Below, in pieces: positions 9,448 through 18,188 of a stretch of 64,000 nucleotides of DNA; within the stretch, counting starts at the first letter, position 1, and every line of letters begins with the position of its first letter. Both the position numbers and the translations under genes were made by a program. The notes beneath the pieces were generated by a model. That model was not told the origin of the DNA, did no database searches, and was given only the letters and a program-made list of their open reading frames with translations. Source of the DNA: a virus. The DNA is taken from IMG/VR virus record IMGVR_UViG_3300010396_000037, one strand, 5' to 3'.

Positions 9448-9547
9448 ATTTGCGTTGTTGGTTGAAAAGTAGGTGGCGCGAAATTCGTACAGAGAAGGTC
9501 CAGCAGCCAATTGGGATAAGCTCTGGCAACGCAAATTATTGTAGAAT

Positions 9548-9945
9548 GGTAGTAAAGGTGTTGTTTGGCGGCAGGTTGGACGCGGGTTCGATTCCCGCCC
9601 ACTCCACCAAAAGCAAATTAGTCACGAAAGGGGAAGGTAAGATCACCGTATCGTAAGAGAAATCCTAGACCCGGTGACGCTAGTTTGTTTTTGATGGGGT
9701 GGACATGGCTTCGACAGTCTGGACTGAGGACAAGGCTCTACCCAAGCGTTGAATGTAGGCTTGTAAATCTGAACACTCAAACGTCAAATGCAAACGATAA
9801 TGCATACGATCTAGCCCTAGCGGCCTGATCCCAAGAGTGGCTCCGTCTTGGTTCCTCAACGGAGCATTGAATTAAAGAACCCACAGGGTGATGCATTAAA
9901 TCCTGCGGATGAGAGGAAAGACTGACGCCTCTGAAAAGGTCAGTC
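9548..9945 (+). ncRNA. ssrA: tmRNA, circularly permuted (acceptor piece ends CCA 9609; coding piece starts 9696; tag ANDNAYDLALAA at 9790-9828)
   Basis: T-arm plus CCACTCC-ACCA precedes GGGGTGGACATGGCTTCGAC; G3:U70 pair; tag ORF ends LAA-stop; several pseudoknots; outer ends approximate. Confidence 0.92.
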
Positions 9946-10557
9946 CGTTTTATGTCTTCTTTTGTTCGCTTCAGATATCTTATTTCTTATTTCTTGCGAC
10001 GGATTTTTATTTGATTCTGATATTTTTTGTTTGTGATCTTTCGAAAGATGTTTTCCTCTATTCCAGCATACTAACTTAGATTTTTGTGATTCATTCATCG
10101 TTTTGCCTTTATTCCAAGGCACCATTCTAGATTTTTGAGCATGAGTAAAAATTTTGCCTTTATTCCATGGAACCAGTTTTGATAACTTTTGGCGTTGATG
10201 CTCTGGCATCCGTTTACCTTTATTCCAAGGCACTCGCCTACGCAATTTCTCTCTAGTTTCCTCAGTGATATTTTTACACACAAATTTTCCGTCTCCATTA
10301 TGTTGATTGTAATAGTCAGAATTATTCTTTGCGTCTGCAGTTTTCAAAATTGTTGCTTCTAACATCAAACAATCGTCATAAGTTCCTTCTGTAATGATTT
10401 GTCTTGTGAAATCGTCGGGCCTCTTGGTATATTCTTCTAACATCCATTTAGAAGAGCAAACATATCCGTCGTCCTCAGAACCTTTATGGCAACCAACATA
10501 GAGCATGTTTTTTAGATGATCAGTCCAACAATATGTGAAAGCTTCTTGATTTTTCAT
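9940..10557 (-). CDS. GIY-YIG-type homing endonuclease with NUMOD3-like repeats
   Basis: FTY...YVG-H, GY..SS, E..IL, YYN; repeated PWNKG. Confidence 0.85.
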   Translation of the reverse strand: MKNQEAFTYCWTDHLKNMLYVGCHKGSEDDGYVCSSKWMLEEYTKRPDDFTRQIITEGTYDDCLMLEATILKTADAKNNSDYYNQHNGDGKFVCKNITEETREKLRRRVPWNKGKRMPEHQRQKLSKLVPWNKGKIFTHAQKSRMVPWNKGKTMNESQKSKLVCWNRGKHLSKDHKQKISESNKNPSQEIRNKISEANKRRHKTD

Positions 10558-10576
10558 AATATAATTTTGAATAGAA

Positions 10577-10592
10577 ACTAAATATATTTAGT
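10577..10592. promoter_or_regulatory. Bidirectional T4-type late promoter
   Basis: Perfect palindrome ACTAAATATATTTAGT (TAAATA on both strands) between divergent genes. Confidence 0.6.
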
Positions 10593-10642
10593 GGCGTGTG
10601 CGCGTACCACGGGATAATTGAATTTAACAAGAGGCATTTGAT

Positions 10643-10960
10643 ATGAAGAAGTTCCTGTTGAGTTTGATGCTAGCATTCGCTGTGTGCACACCAGCTTTTG
10701 CACATTCCCACATTGGAGTTAGAATACAAGCTCCTGGTCTTTCAATTGGATACCACAATGGTTGGCGTGGACATGATCATTTTGATTTGCGCGTGTATCC
10801 TGCTTACCCAAGCTATCCAGCATACAACTATCCGCAATATCCCGCTTATCAGTATCCACATTATGTCTACCAACAGGTGCCAACTTACTGTGTAGACTAT
10901 TATGGTAATGCTTACATCTGCGGATATCACACCATTCTTGTTACAGTCCCACAATATTGA
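10643..10960 (+). CDS. exported Tyr/Pro-rich protein
   Basis: Signal peptide ending AFA; YPAY repeats. Confidence 0.75.
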   Translation: MKKFLLSLMLAFAVCTPAFAHSHIGVRIQAPGLSIGYHNGWRGHDHFDLRVYPAYPSYPAYNYPQYPAYQYPHYVYQQVPTYCVDYYGNAYICGYHTILVTVPQY

Positions 10961-10968
10961 GATAAATT

Positions 10969-11439
10969 ATGAAAGCAATGTTGAAGCGTACAAAAGGAAT
11001 GATCTGGAGAAGTATTGTAGGTCTTCCACCTTCTGTGGTAATGTTGGGTGTAGTGTGGGTCATGCAAACCACTCTGAAAGGAGTTGACGCATCAGGCCAA
11101 ATGATATTAAAGGAATGGCATAGACTTCAAGGTCATATGGATCAGTCAATAAATGTGCCACTCACGCAATTGGCTTGGATCATTCTCTACCTGCCTTTCA
11201 TGATTTTGAGTATAATTACTCTTATACTTATCCTCTACCCAATCTGGTTTGTAATCAAACCCATTTCAGACAAACTTTGCCAGGTGAACATTAATTTGTT
11301 GGTCTGGATTGAATATCGTGAAGCTTATCCAGAGGAACAAGAGCTGGTTCAAAAGGCTGTTGAAACTCTAAGACAAAAATTGAAAGCTGAAGGCATGACA
11401 GAACAGCAACTTGCAGAAATGTTTAAATCTAATGGTTGA
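10969..11439 (+). CDS. membrane protein
   Basis: Hydrophobic segments. Confidence 0.65.
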   Translation: MKAMLKRTKGMIWRSIVGLPPSVVMLGVVWVMQTTLKGVDASGQMILKEWHRLQGHMDQSINVPLTQLAWIILYLPFMILSIITLILILYPIWFVIKPISDKLCQVNINLLVWIEYREAYPEEQELVQKAVETLRQKLKAEGMTEQQLAEMFKSNG

Positions 11440-11487
11440 CAGATTTAAAATCCGTTAAGCTCTATCATAATAACACAGGTGTAATAA

Positions 11488-11763
11488 ATGGGTGATGTAA
11501 TTAAGTTTCCTTCTGTTGTTGATGAGTATGTAAAATTCAAATCAGATGAAAAAGAAATTGATCGCTTTAATATCATGTTAGACAAAGTGATACAGGCGAT
11601 TGAAGAGTCTTATCCTGAAATAGAAGATATAGACCCATCTGATTATGTTCTCATTGCTGAAGCTATCACGTCAGCTGTGATGCGTGAAAATGATATTGAA
11701 CATCCGCTTCAAAGTTTTGCTGATAGGAACATGACCGAATTCTTTGAGGAGTATGGATTATGA
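11488..11763 (+). CDS. hypothetical protein, paralog of 15191-15616
   Basis: Shared D.L..E...S..MR....HP...AD. Confidence 0.75.
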   Translation: MGDVIKFPSVVDEYVKFKSDEKEIDRFNIMLDKVIQAIEESYPEIEDIDPSDYVLIAEAITSAVMRENDIEHPLQSFADRNMTEFFEEYGL

Positions 11764-11957
11764 GCAAGAAATTCGGAATCAATCGTCCGATTGCGCTTGT
11801 TTCTCTTTTGTTAATTTACGCGACCAGCACTACTTATTTCGTTGTTGATGTTCTGGAAGCAGGAAAGTTTCTTCCTTTCAGCGCAGCTTCTTTCTGGCTT
11901 CTAACATCCGCGATTTCTCTGGTGCTGGTTGGATTTGAATTGGACTCAAAGAAATGA
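11760..11957 (+). CDS. small membrane protein
   Basis: Two TM segments. Confidence 0.6.
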   Translation: MSKKFGINRPIALVSLLLIYATSTTYFVVDVLEAGKFLPFSAASFWLLTSAISLVLVGFELDSKK

Positions 11958-12117
11958 CTGAAAAAACAATCAAAGTAGTAACTATCACCGAAGCAGAATA
12001 CAAAGAACTACAAAGAGATTCCGCAATCCTTGCTGCTCTACATGCTGGTGGTGTCAACAATTGGGATTGGTATGACGCATCACTTGAAGAATTCAGAGCA
12101 GCAGAGGAAGATGACGA

Positions 12118-12414
12118 ATGAAGACTGGCATAGAATTGATCGCTGAAGAGCGTGCTGGTCATTTTTCTAGGGAAGGTTTCACCTTAGAACACGATGACCA
12201 ATACATCAAGGAAGAACTTGCTTCTGCAGCGGCCTGTTATGCAACTCCACATCGCTGGAGACCATTTCCTGTAAGTCAAAGTGGCCAAGCCCCTTTAATC
12301 TGGCCTTGGTCCCCAAAGTGGTGGAAGCCAGGAGAAGATCGTATCAGGGAACTTCAGAAGGCAGGCGCATTGATTGCCGCTGAAATTGATAGACTCCAGA
12401 GGATACAGTCATAA
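12118..12414 (+). CDS. conserved phage hypothetical protein
   Basis: ER...EG...HDD...ELA.AAACY...WPW...WWKP...KAGALIAAEIDRL. Confidence 0.8.
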   Translation: MKTGIELIAEERAGHFSREGFTLEHDDQYIKEELASAAACYATPHRWRPFPVSQSGQAPLIWPWSPKWWKPGEDRIRELQKAGALIAAEIDRLQRIQS

Positions 12415-12626
12415 TGAATCTTCGGTATGATTATTTCGCTGCAACATGCAATGGTGTAAATAAGCACGCACAGGATGTAATGAATAAATTGGGAATAACA
12501 TACAGATCTTGTATTGGAAGAAGCATGGGTGACGATTATCTATTCTGGGATTGTGAGAATGTTCCTGCAGTCCTTCCAAAATATATTACTGAACACACTT
12601 ATAATCGTGCCGATTACGGACTGTAA
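12414..12626 (+). CDS. hypothetical protein
   Basis: Overlapping stop/start. Confidence 0.65.
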   Translation: MNLRYDYFAATCNGVNKHAQDVMNKLGITYRSCIGRSMGDDYLFWDCENVPAVLPKYITEHTYNRADYGL

Positions 12627-12644
12627 ATTATTGAGGATACAATT

Positions 12645-13007
12645 ATGATGATGACAATTCTTTTGTATGCTGGTGTGCTTCTATTGGTCATTGGCGCTAT
12701 TGCTGCACTTTGTATTCTGAATTATATTCTAAGTGAAGTCAATTGGCATGCTAAATGGAATTGGGGAAATGCTCGTCAGCTCAAGCGTAGTGTTAAGTTG
12801 GGATGGAATACAGGCGTACCACCTGAAGGCAAAAAGATACTGGTTCGGGGTAATATTTGGATGCATAGTTTTGACAGCAAATACAACGACACCAGTTGGG
12901 CTGTTATGACAGTTAGCAGAGGTCGCTGTTACACACCTAGAGGATCAAGTATGCCCGTCAAGAACATCACTGGCTGGCTTGAAATCGTTGAAGACAAACG
13001 ATCATGA
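12645..13007 (+). CDS. membrane-anchored hypothetical protein
   Basis: N-terminal TM helix; RBS. Confidence 0.65.
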   Translation: MMMTILLYAGVLLLVIGAIAALCILNYILSEVNWHAKWNWGNARQLKRSVKLGWNTGVPPEGKKILVRGNIWMHSFDSKYNDTSWAVMTVSRGRCYTPRGSSMPVKNITGWLEIVEDKRS

Positions 13008-13092
13008 TTGCATTCCTGTCTGAACATTTCTGGGCTCTTTGGTGGCTTATTGTATTTTTCTTGCTTGTATGGGGTAATAAGAGGACTCGCTG

Positions 13093-13626
13093 ATGAGACA
13101 TCCATATTGGCTTCATGATCTGAAGTCTCGCATCAAATACCATCCTAATCATCTTCACATCAAGACGTTGAAACGCGGATGGGTTGATTGTGATCATCAA
13201 CTCTTGCATGCTTCTATGCAGATCCTTGTTAATTTCGTTGAGAAAGAAAAACGTGATGGTATTGTTGATTGGGACTCTGATGCAAATCATCGCGAAGCTG
13301 CTGAAACAATGGAGCGTCTCTATTATTGGTGGAAACATGATCCTCTTGCACAAGATGCTACTTTGATGCCTTATGGCACGGCCCCTATGGAAGATGAAGA
13401 TGATCCATATGAAGGCATTCTAAACTGGTTGGATGAAATCTATGGGAAAGATGACATTGGTAATTGGACAAAGCGTGTTGTAAGAACATGTAAGAAACTC
13501 AATAAAAACAAAGCTATCATCCAACAGTATTACCAATGCCTGATTCAGCTTGAAAATATAGCTGTGAAGCGGCAGAATAAGGCTCTGAAAGACCTGATCA
13601 ACATCCGTAGGTATCTCTGGACTTAA
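13093..13626 (+). CDS. hypothetical protein
   Basis: 177-aa ORF with GAGG RBS. Confidence 0.75.
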   Translation: MRHPYWLHDLKSRIKYHPNHLHIKTLKRGWVDCDHQLLHASMQILVNFVEKEKRDGIVDWDSDANHREAAETMERLYYWWKHDPLAQDATLMPYGTAPMEDEDDPYEGILNWLDEIYGKDDIGNWTKRVVRTCKKLNKNKAIIQQYYQCLIQLENIAVKRQNKALKDLINIRRYLWT

Positions 13627-13633
13627 GGAATTC

Positions 13634-13728
13634 AGAAATCTTTGATATTTTGCTAGTTTAAGGTCGGGGCCAAGGGTTTGTAGCTACAAGAAAATTTCCT
13701 AAAACAGTGATTCTAAATTATTGAATTT
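13634..13728 (-). repeat. ~95-bp non-coding repeat, inverted copy at 48005-48097
   Basis: Shared AAATTCAATAATTTAGAA, AGCTACAAACCCTTGG and ATCAAAGATT blocks. Confidence 0.85.
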
Positions 13729-13818
13729 ACTGGTAAATATCTACCAACTTTCAAGAAAAACCAAGAGTCTAGCAAACCAGCATGAAATAAATAGAGTGTC
13801 AATACCAAGGGCACTCTA

Positions 13819-14589
13819 ATGTCACCTATCAAACGTTCATATGGGTGGAAGAAGCAACAGCATGATTCAAGAGACAATTTCTTCGGTGTACAAGAACCAG
13901 TTCAACTACCATCTTCCTTCAGATTGGTTGAAGGAATGCCTGAAGTCTGGGATCAAGGTCAAACCAATAGCTGTACAGCCCATGCTGCATCTGCAGCCTA
14001 TGAGTATGAGCTTTCCCAACAACACTTGCCCGATTTCATGCCTTCCCGTTTGTTTCTCTACTACAACGAAAGAATTGAAGAAGGTACAACCAATCAGGAT
14101 GCGGGCGCAACTATCCGTGACTCCGTCAAAGCACTTGCCAAATACGGAACTCTCCCAGAAAGTTATTGGCCATTTTCTGAAAGAATATCAGCAGCACCTG
14201 AATCAGCAGATTATCAAGTCGCTATTAGAAACATTATTACATCCTACAGCGCAGTGCCCCAAGTCCTGCAATCCATCAAAACAGCAATCTTTCAAAAACA
14301 CCCTGTCATATTCGGATTTTCAGTCTATGAGTCCTTTGAGTCCGCAGAAGTCGCAAGGACAGGCATTCAGCCCATACCTTCGCCTGCCGAGCAATGCCTC
14401 GGTGGTCACGCAGTCTTGGCTGTAGGGTTTGATGATTCAAGAAAAAGTTTTTGGATTAGAAACAGTTGGGGAGCAGATTGGGGCCAGGAAGGATATTTTT
14501 TGATGCCTTATGACTACATAATTAATGTTAAACTAGCAAGTGACTTTTGGATCATAGAATCAGAACTGGAAAATGATAAATCTAGCTAA
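13819..14589 (+). CDS. Papain-like (C1A) cysteine peptidase
   Basis: DQGQTNSC, GGHAV, IRNSWG..WG..GY; late promoter TAAATA at 13788. Confidence 0.92.
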   Translation: MSPIKRSYGWKKQQHDSRDNFFGVQEPVQLPSSFRLVEGMPEVWDQGQTNSCTAHAASAAYEYELSQQHLPDFMPSRLFLYYNERIEEGTTNQDAGATIRDSVKALAKYGTLPESYWPFSERISAAPESADYQVAIRNIITSYSAVPQVLQSIKTAIFQKHPVIFGFSVYESFESAEVARTGIQPIPSPAEQCLGGHAVLAVGFDDSRKSFWIRNSWGADWGQEGYFLMPYDYIINVKLASDFWIIESELENDKSS

Positions 14590-14806
14590 GTGGCTTCTTG
14601 CTTCAATCAAAGCAAGACGGTTCGCCCGGAATATGGAATGTGTAATTCATTCAATCCATCCTGAACCAAAATTCAAGATTCATTCAAAAATTGACAAGCA
14701 TAATTTGAACCAAGTGACTTATAATATAGACACCGATGATGATAAAGTCATGGGTTGTTTTATATTGATTCAAGAAGCATTGAAGGTGCAAGAAAATGGC
14801 GCTTGA
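14573..14806 (+). CDS. hypothetical protein
   Basis: ORF in operon. Confidence 0.55.
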   Translation: MINLAKWLLASIKARRFARNMECVIHSIHPEPKFKIHSKIDKHNLNQVTYNIDTDDDKVMGCFILIQEALKVQENGA

Positions 14807-14999
14807 AGCAGTCTATCGTAATTGGTTGAAAGGACTTTGGATTTGCACAATCCCTTCAATGGCAACACTGCTCATAAAATTCCTGTTGTGTCCCACCACT
14901 CCTTGGTGGCTGGTTTTCCTGCCTGTTATTTTGTATATCTGTCTGACAGGTATTTTCGCAATATTCATCCTTTGGGTCATCTCAACAATGTGGGGCTAA
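14796..14999 (+). CDS. small membrane protein
   Basis: WWLVFLP plus TM helices. Confidence 0.6.
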   Translation: MALEAVYRNWLKGLWICTIPSMATLLIKFLLCPTTPWWLVFLPVILYICLTGIFAIFILWVISTMWG

Positions 15000-15000
15000 T

Positions 15001-15198
15001 ATGAGTGCAGTTAGAACATATCTGGAAGAAGCACGTGATCTTATAAACAAGCATGGAAATTGGAGTTTGGAGTCATTAACGAATCAATATTGTAGAGAAA
15101 TGAAGTGCGATCAGGGGACAGCTATCTATTTCCTTGAGAAAGCAATTGAAGATGATGTGAATTGCATGGATCCATCCTTCGAGACTGATTATGAATGA
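15001..15198 (+). CDS. hypothetical protein
   Basis: ORF in operon. Confidence 0.6.
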   Translation: MSAVRTYLEEARDLINKHGNWSLESLTNQYCREMKCDQGTAIYFLEKAIEDDVNCMDPSFETDYE

Positions 15199-15616
15199 AT
15201 CTGATAATAAAAACAATGTTGTTTCAGTTGACTTTAAAAATAAGAAGAAAATAGCAACTCAAACAGAACCTGTGGAAACAACCAACAAGATTATGGTGTC
15301 CGATAATAATCCTTTGGAAGAGCAACCTCTACCTTTGAAGGTGCCAGATGTGTTGGAGGATAGTTATAAAAAATTTGTGACTGACCCTGTAAACTCTAAC
15401 AAGATTGAATTCATCATAGTTGAATTAATAAAGACAATTTCATCAGAATATCCAGAAATAACAACCTGTCGTTTTGCTGACATACTACTTTTGAAAGAGT
15501 GTGTAATATCATTACTCATGCGTTCATTGCTGAACCAAAACCATCCTTTTCATAACATGGCCGATGGTCTAGAAAAAGCATACAAGGAAAATGAGAAAAA
15601 TGGTTTCACAAAATGA
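15191..15616 (+). CDS. hypothetical protein, paralog of 11488-11763
   Basis: Shared C-terminal motif. Confidence 0.75.
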   Translation: MNESDNKNNVVSVDFKNKKKIATQTEPVETTNKIMVSDNNPLEEQPLPLKVPDVLEDSYKKFVTDPVNSNKIEFIIVELIKTISSEYPEITTCRFADILLLKECVISLLMRSLLNQNHPFHNMADGLEKAYKENEKNGFTK

Positions 15617-16565
15617 ATTAGATGTGAAGGCGAAAGGTGGGACAGAACTTCTAGGTGAACGTCTAGAAAGATTGGTTGCTCCAGATCTTCTGAAGGATTT
15701 CCAGATCATACGTTCCAGATTCCGTGGCTTTGATGAATCCAAGAAACATCATGTATTCTGGGAACATGATCTACCAGAAGATCCAGAGTCAGTAACTGTA
15801 TTCGAAAATGAAAAGATTTTAGAAAGACTAGATGCAATTGTGTTCTTGACACGATGGCAGAGGAATGAATTTCTGAGGACCTTTCCTAAATTGTTGCCAC
15901 ATAAATGTGCGATCATTAGGAATGCGATTGATCCGATTGATATTCTACAAAAACAAAAAGTAGATGATAAGATTCATTTGATCTACACGCCGACTCCCCA
16001 TCGTGGTTTGGAGTTGTTGGTCCCAGTGTTTCATGCTCTGACTCAAGAATTTCCAAATAAATTGCATCTTGATGTGTATTCAAGTTTCAAGTTGTATGGA
16101 TGGGAAGAAAGAGACAAACCATATCAGAAATTGTTTGAAGATATCAAGTCTCATCCTGATATGACTTATCATGGTACTGTTTCAAATGATAAAATCAGGG
16201 AAGCTCTCCTGAAATCTGATATTTTTGTTTATCCTTCTATCTGGAAAGAAACATCCTGTCTTTGTTTGATTGAAGCAATGTCTGCAGGATTGACTTGCGT
16301 TTGTAGTGATCTGGCAGCCATTCCAGAAACATCAGGCAATTTAATCCACCTTTATTCCTACATTCCGGATCTTAACATACATCTGCAGACGTTCTACAAT
16401 GCATGTAGAGGAACAATTCATCAATATATAAATGGTCCCAGGGGATTATCAGAAGCTGCAAATTTTACCAAAACTTATTCAGATATGTTGCATAACACAG
16501 AACTTATGCGATTGAACTGGACTCACATTCTCAACATGATCAAGGTTAGCCATGAAAAAGTCTAA
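15600..16565 (+). CDS. Glycosyltransferase (GT-B, GT4-like)
   Basis: GGTE, HD, PHRGL, YPS.W.ETSC...IEAMSAG. Confidence 0.88.
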   Translation: MVSQNELDVKAKGGTELLGERLERLVAPDLLKDFQIIRSRFRGFDESKKHHVFWEHDLPEDPESVTVFENEKILERLDAIVFLTRWQRNEFLRTFPKLLPHKCAIIRNAIDPIDILQKQKVDDKIHLIYTPTPHRGLELLVPVFHALTQEFPNKLHLDVYSSFKLYGWEERDKPYQKLFEDIKSHPDMTYHGTVSNDKIREALLKSDIFVYPSIWKETSCLCLIEAMSAGLTCVCSDLAAIPETSGNLIHLYSYIPDLNIHLQTFYNACRGTIHQYINGPRGLSEAANFTKTYSDMLHNTELMRLNWTHILNMIKVSHEKV

Positions 16566-16758
16566 GAAGTATTACAAGCAGCGTTTCAATGATTTCTGCG
16601 CAATTGCATGGTTGGGTATACATGCTACTCCTGAACGCGCCAGAGCATTACATCATGGAATGCAGGATGCGATTATGAATCCTCTTGAGGATATAACCAA
16701 GATCAAAAAGACTGAAAATGCGGTTCAGGAACCAGTATTGGTTGAGGAGGCTGCATGA
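16552..16758 (+). CDS. hypothetical protein
   Basis: ORF in operon. Confidence 0.6.
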   Translation: MKKSKKYYKQRFNDFCAIAWLGIHATPERARALHHGMQDAIMNPLEDITKIKKTENAVQEPVLVEEAA

Positions 16759-16985
16759 TCACAATCTATGGAAAGCCAAATTGCATTTATTGCGATCAAG
16801 CAAAACTCTTGTTGAATTCACACAATCTTGATTATGACTACAAAGAACTTGATAGGGATTTCACTCGAGAGGAACTTCTAGAGTTGAATCCAAATGCAAG
16901 AACATTTCCACAGGTCTTTGATGGTGATCGTTTGATTGGTGGTTATGATGATCTCTTGTTTGAATGTTCAAAACTCTGGCTCTGA
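16755..16985 (+). CDS. Glutaredoxin
   Basis: CIYC, TFPQVF, IGGYDDL. Confidence 0.93.
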   Translation: MITIYGKPNCIYCDQAKLLLNSHNLDYDYKELDRDFTREELLELNPNARTFPQVFDGDRLIGGYDDLLFECSKLWL

Positions 16986-17000
16986 AGAATAAAATCATGA

Positions 17001-17288
17001 ATGAATTTAAGAATGAATCTCTCTGAACGACTATTTTGCTCCACATTTGCTAGAGCAGAAATAGAAAACATGTTGGAGCCGTCTATCCCAGACTGGTGTG
17101 ATTGGCATCTATCTTGGGATTATTATGATGATTCTATAGAGCTCCATGGCATGCCATTGGATTGGAAAATTTCTACTGGAATCTTACAGAAGTTGTTTGA
17201 TGAGGGATTTCAAAGAGTTTGGGTCAATTACAGCGACAAGTCTGAAAAATATTACGCAAAGGCATATCCAGAAGGATGGAACAAATGA
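17001..17288 (+). CDS. hypothetical protein
   Basis: ORF in operon. Confidence 0.6.
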   Translation: MNLRMNLSERLFCSTFARAEIENMLEPSIPDWCDWHLSWDYYDDSIELHGMPLDWKISTGILQKLFDEGFQRVWVNYSDKSEKYYAKAYPEGWNK

Positions 17289-17731
17289 TTGAAATTAGAA
17301 TTCTACCCCATGGCGAACCATTCTACAAGAAAGAAGCATTCACTGGGAGCAAATTGGGTGGTTTGGACCTCCGTGTAACTGAGGATGTTTTCCTGCAACC
17401 TAATGAAATCAAGATGGTTCCAAGTGGACTATCAGTATGGCTGCAGGACCCATTCTTGTTGGGATTGGTTTACATTCGCTCAAGTATTGGCAGAATGGGA
17501 GTTAGACTGGCCAATGGTACAGGTGTGATTGATCCTGACTATCAAGGTGAACTGATTCAATGTTTGCATAACTATGGTGGCAAGCCAATCAACTTCACGG
17601 CTGGTGACCGTGTCGCCCAATTGATAGTTACTCCACAAATCAATATCAACAAACACCTACAGTTAGTCTGTGAATTCACTTCTGGAACAGAACGTGGAGA
17701 AGGTGGTTTTGGAAGTTCTGGAATCAAATGA
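17285..17731 (+). CDS. dut: dUTPase (trimeric)
   Basis: GLDL, RSS.G, GVIDPDYQGE, GDRVAQ, RGEGGFGSSG. Confidence 0.95.
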   Translation: MIEIRILPHGEPFYKKEAFTGSKLGGLDLRVTEDVFLQPNEIKMVPSGLSVWLQDPFLLGLVYIRSSIGRMGVRLANGTGVIDPDYQGELIQCLHNYGGKPINFTAGDRVAQLIVTPQININKHLQLVCEFTSGTERGEGGFGSSGIK

Positions 17732-18085
17732 AACAGAAAGTTAGAATTCTAGTTTGCGGTGGTCGCAATTATGATGACTACATCAAACTGAATACAGTTT
17801 TGAATGCTCTAAATGAAGAAGTTGAAATCGTGGAAATCATTCATGGCGACGCATCAGGCGCTGATTCAATGGCAGGTTACTGGGGGAAATCAAAATGGTA
17901 TCAAAGTGACCCCAGTTCCTGCCGATTGGTCTGGATTACATTGCGCTGCTGGACGTGTCAGAAACAAGAAGATGTTAGAAATGGAACCAGATGGTGTTGT
18001 TGCTTTTCCTGGTGGGAATGGAACCAAAAACATGATTTCAATTTCAAGAAAAGCAGGCGTCCCTGTTTGGGAAATTCACAGTTAA
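17728..18085 (+). pseudogene. DUF2493/YspA-type SLOG protein split by a frameshift at the G5 run near 17882
   Basis: VCGGR, HGDASGAD in one frame; PADW..AAG..RN..ML, VVAFPGG.GT in another. Confidence 0.8.
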
Positions 18086-18188
18086 GGAAGATTAATTTTT
18101 TGAATGGGAATCAATTATCATTATAAATCTAAGGAAGAGTCAAGGCATCAGGACGATCCATTCAACAATCATACAAAGGTAAAGTAAC

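Noticed and set aside
17870-17895. Programmed frameshifting in the SLOG gene (also ~40573, ~43201, ~45762)
   Set aside because: Most breaks fall in homopolymer or short-repeat runs in unrelated genes; assembly error or decay is simpler.
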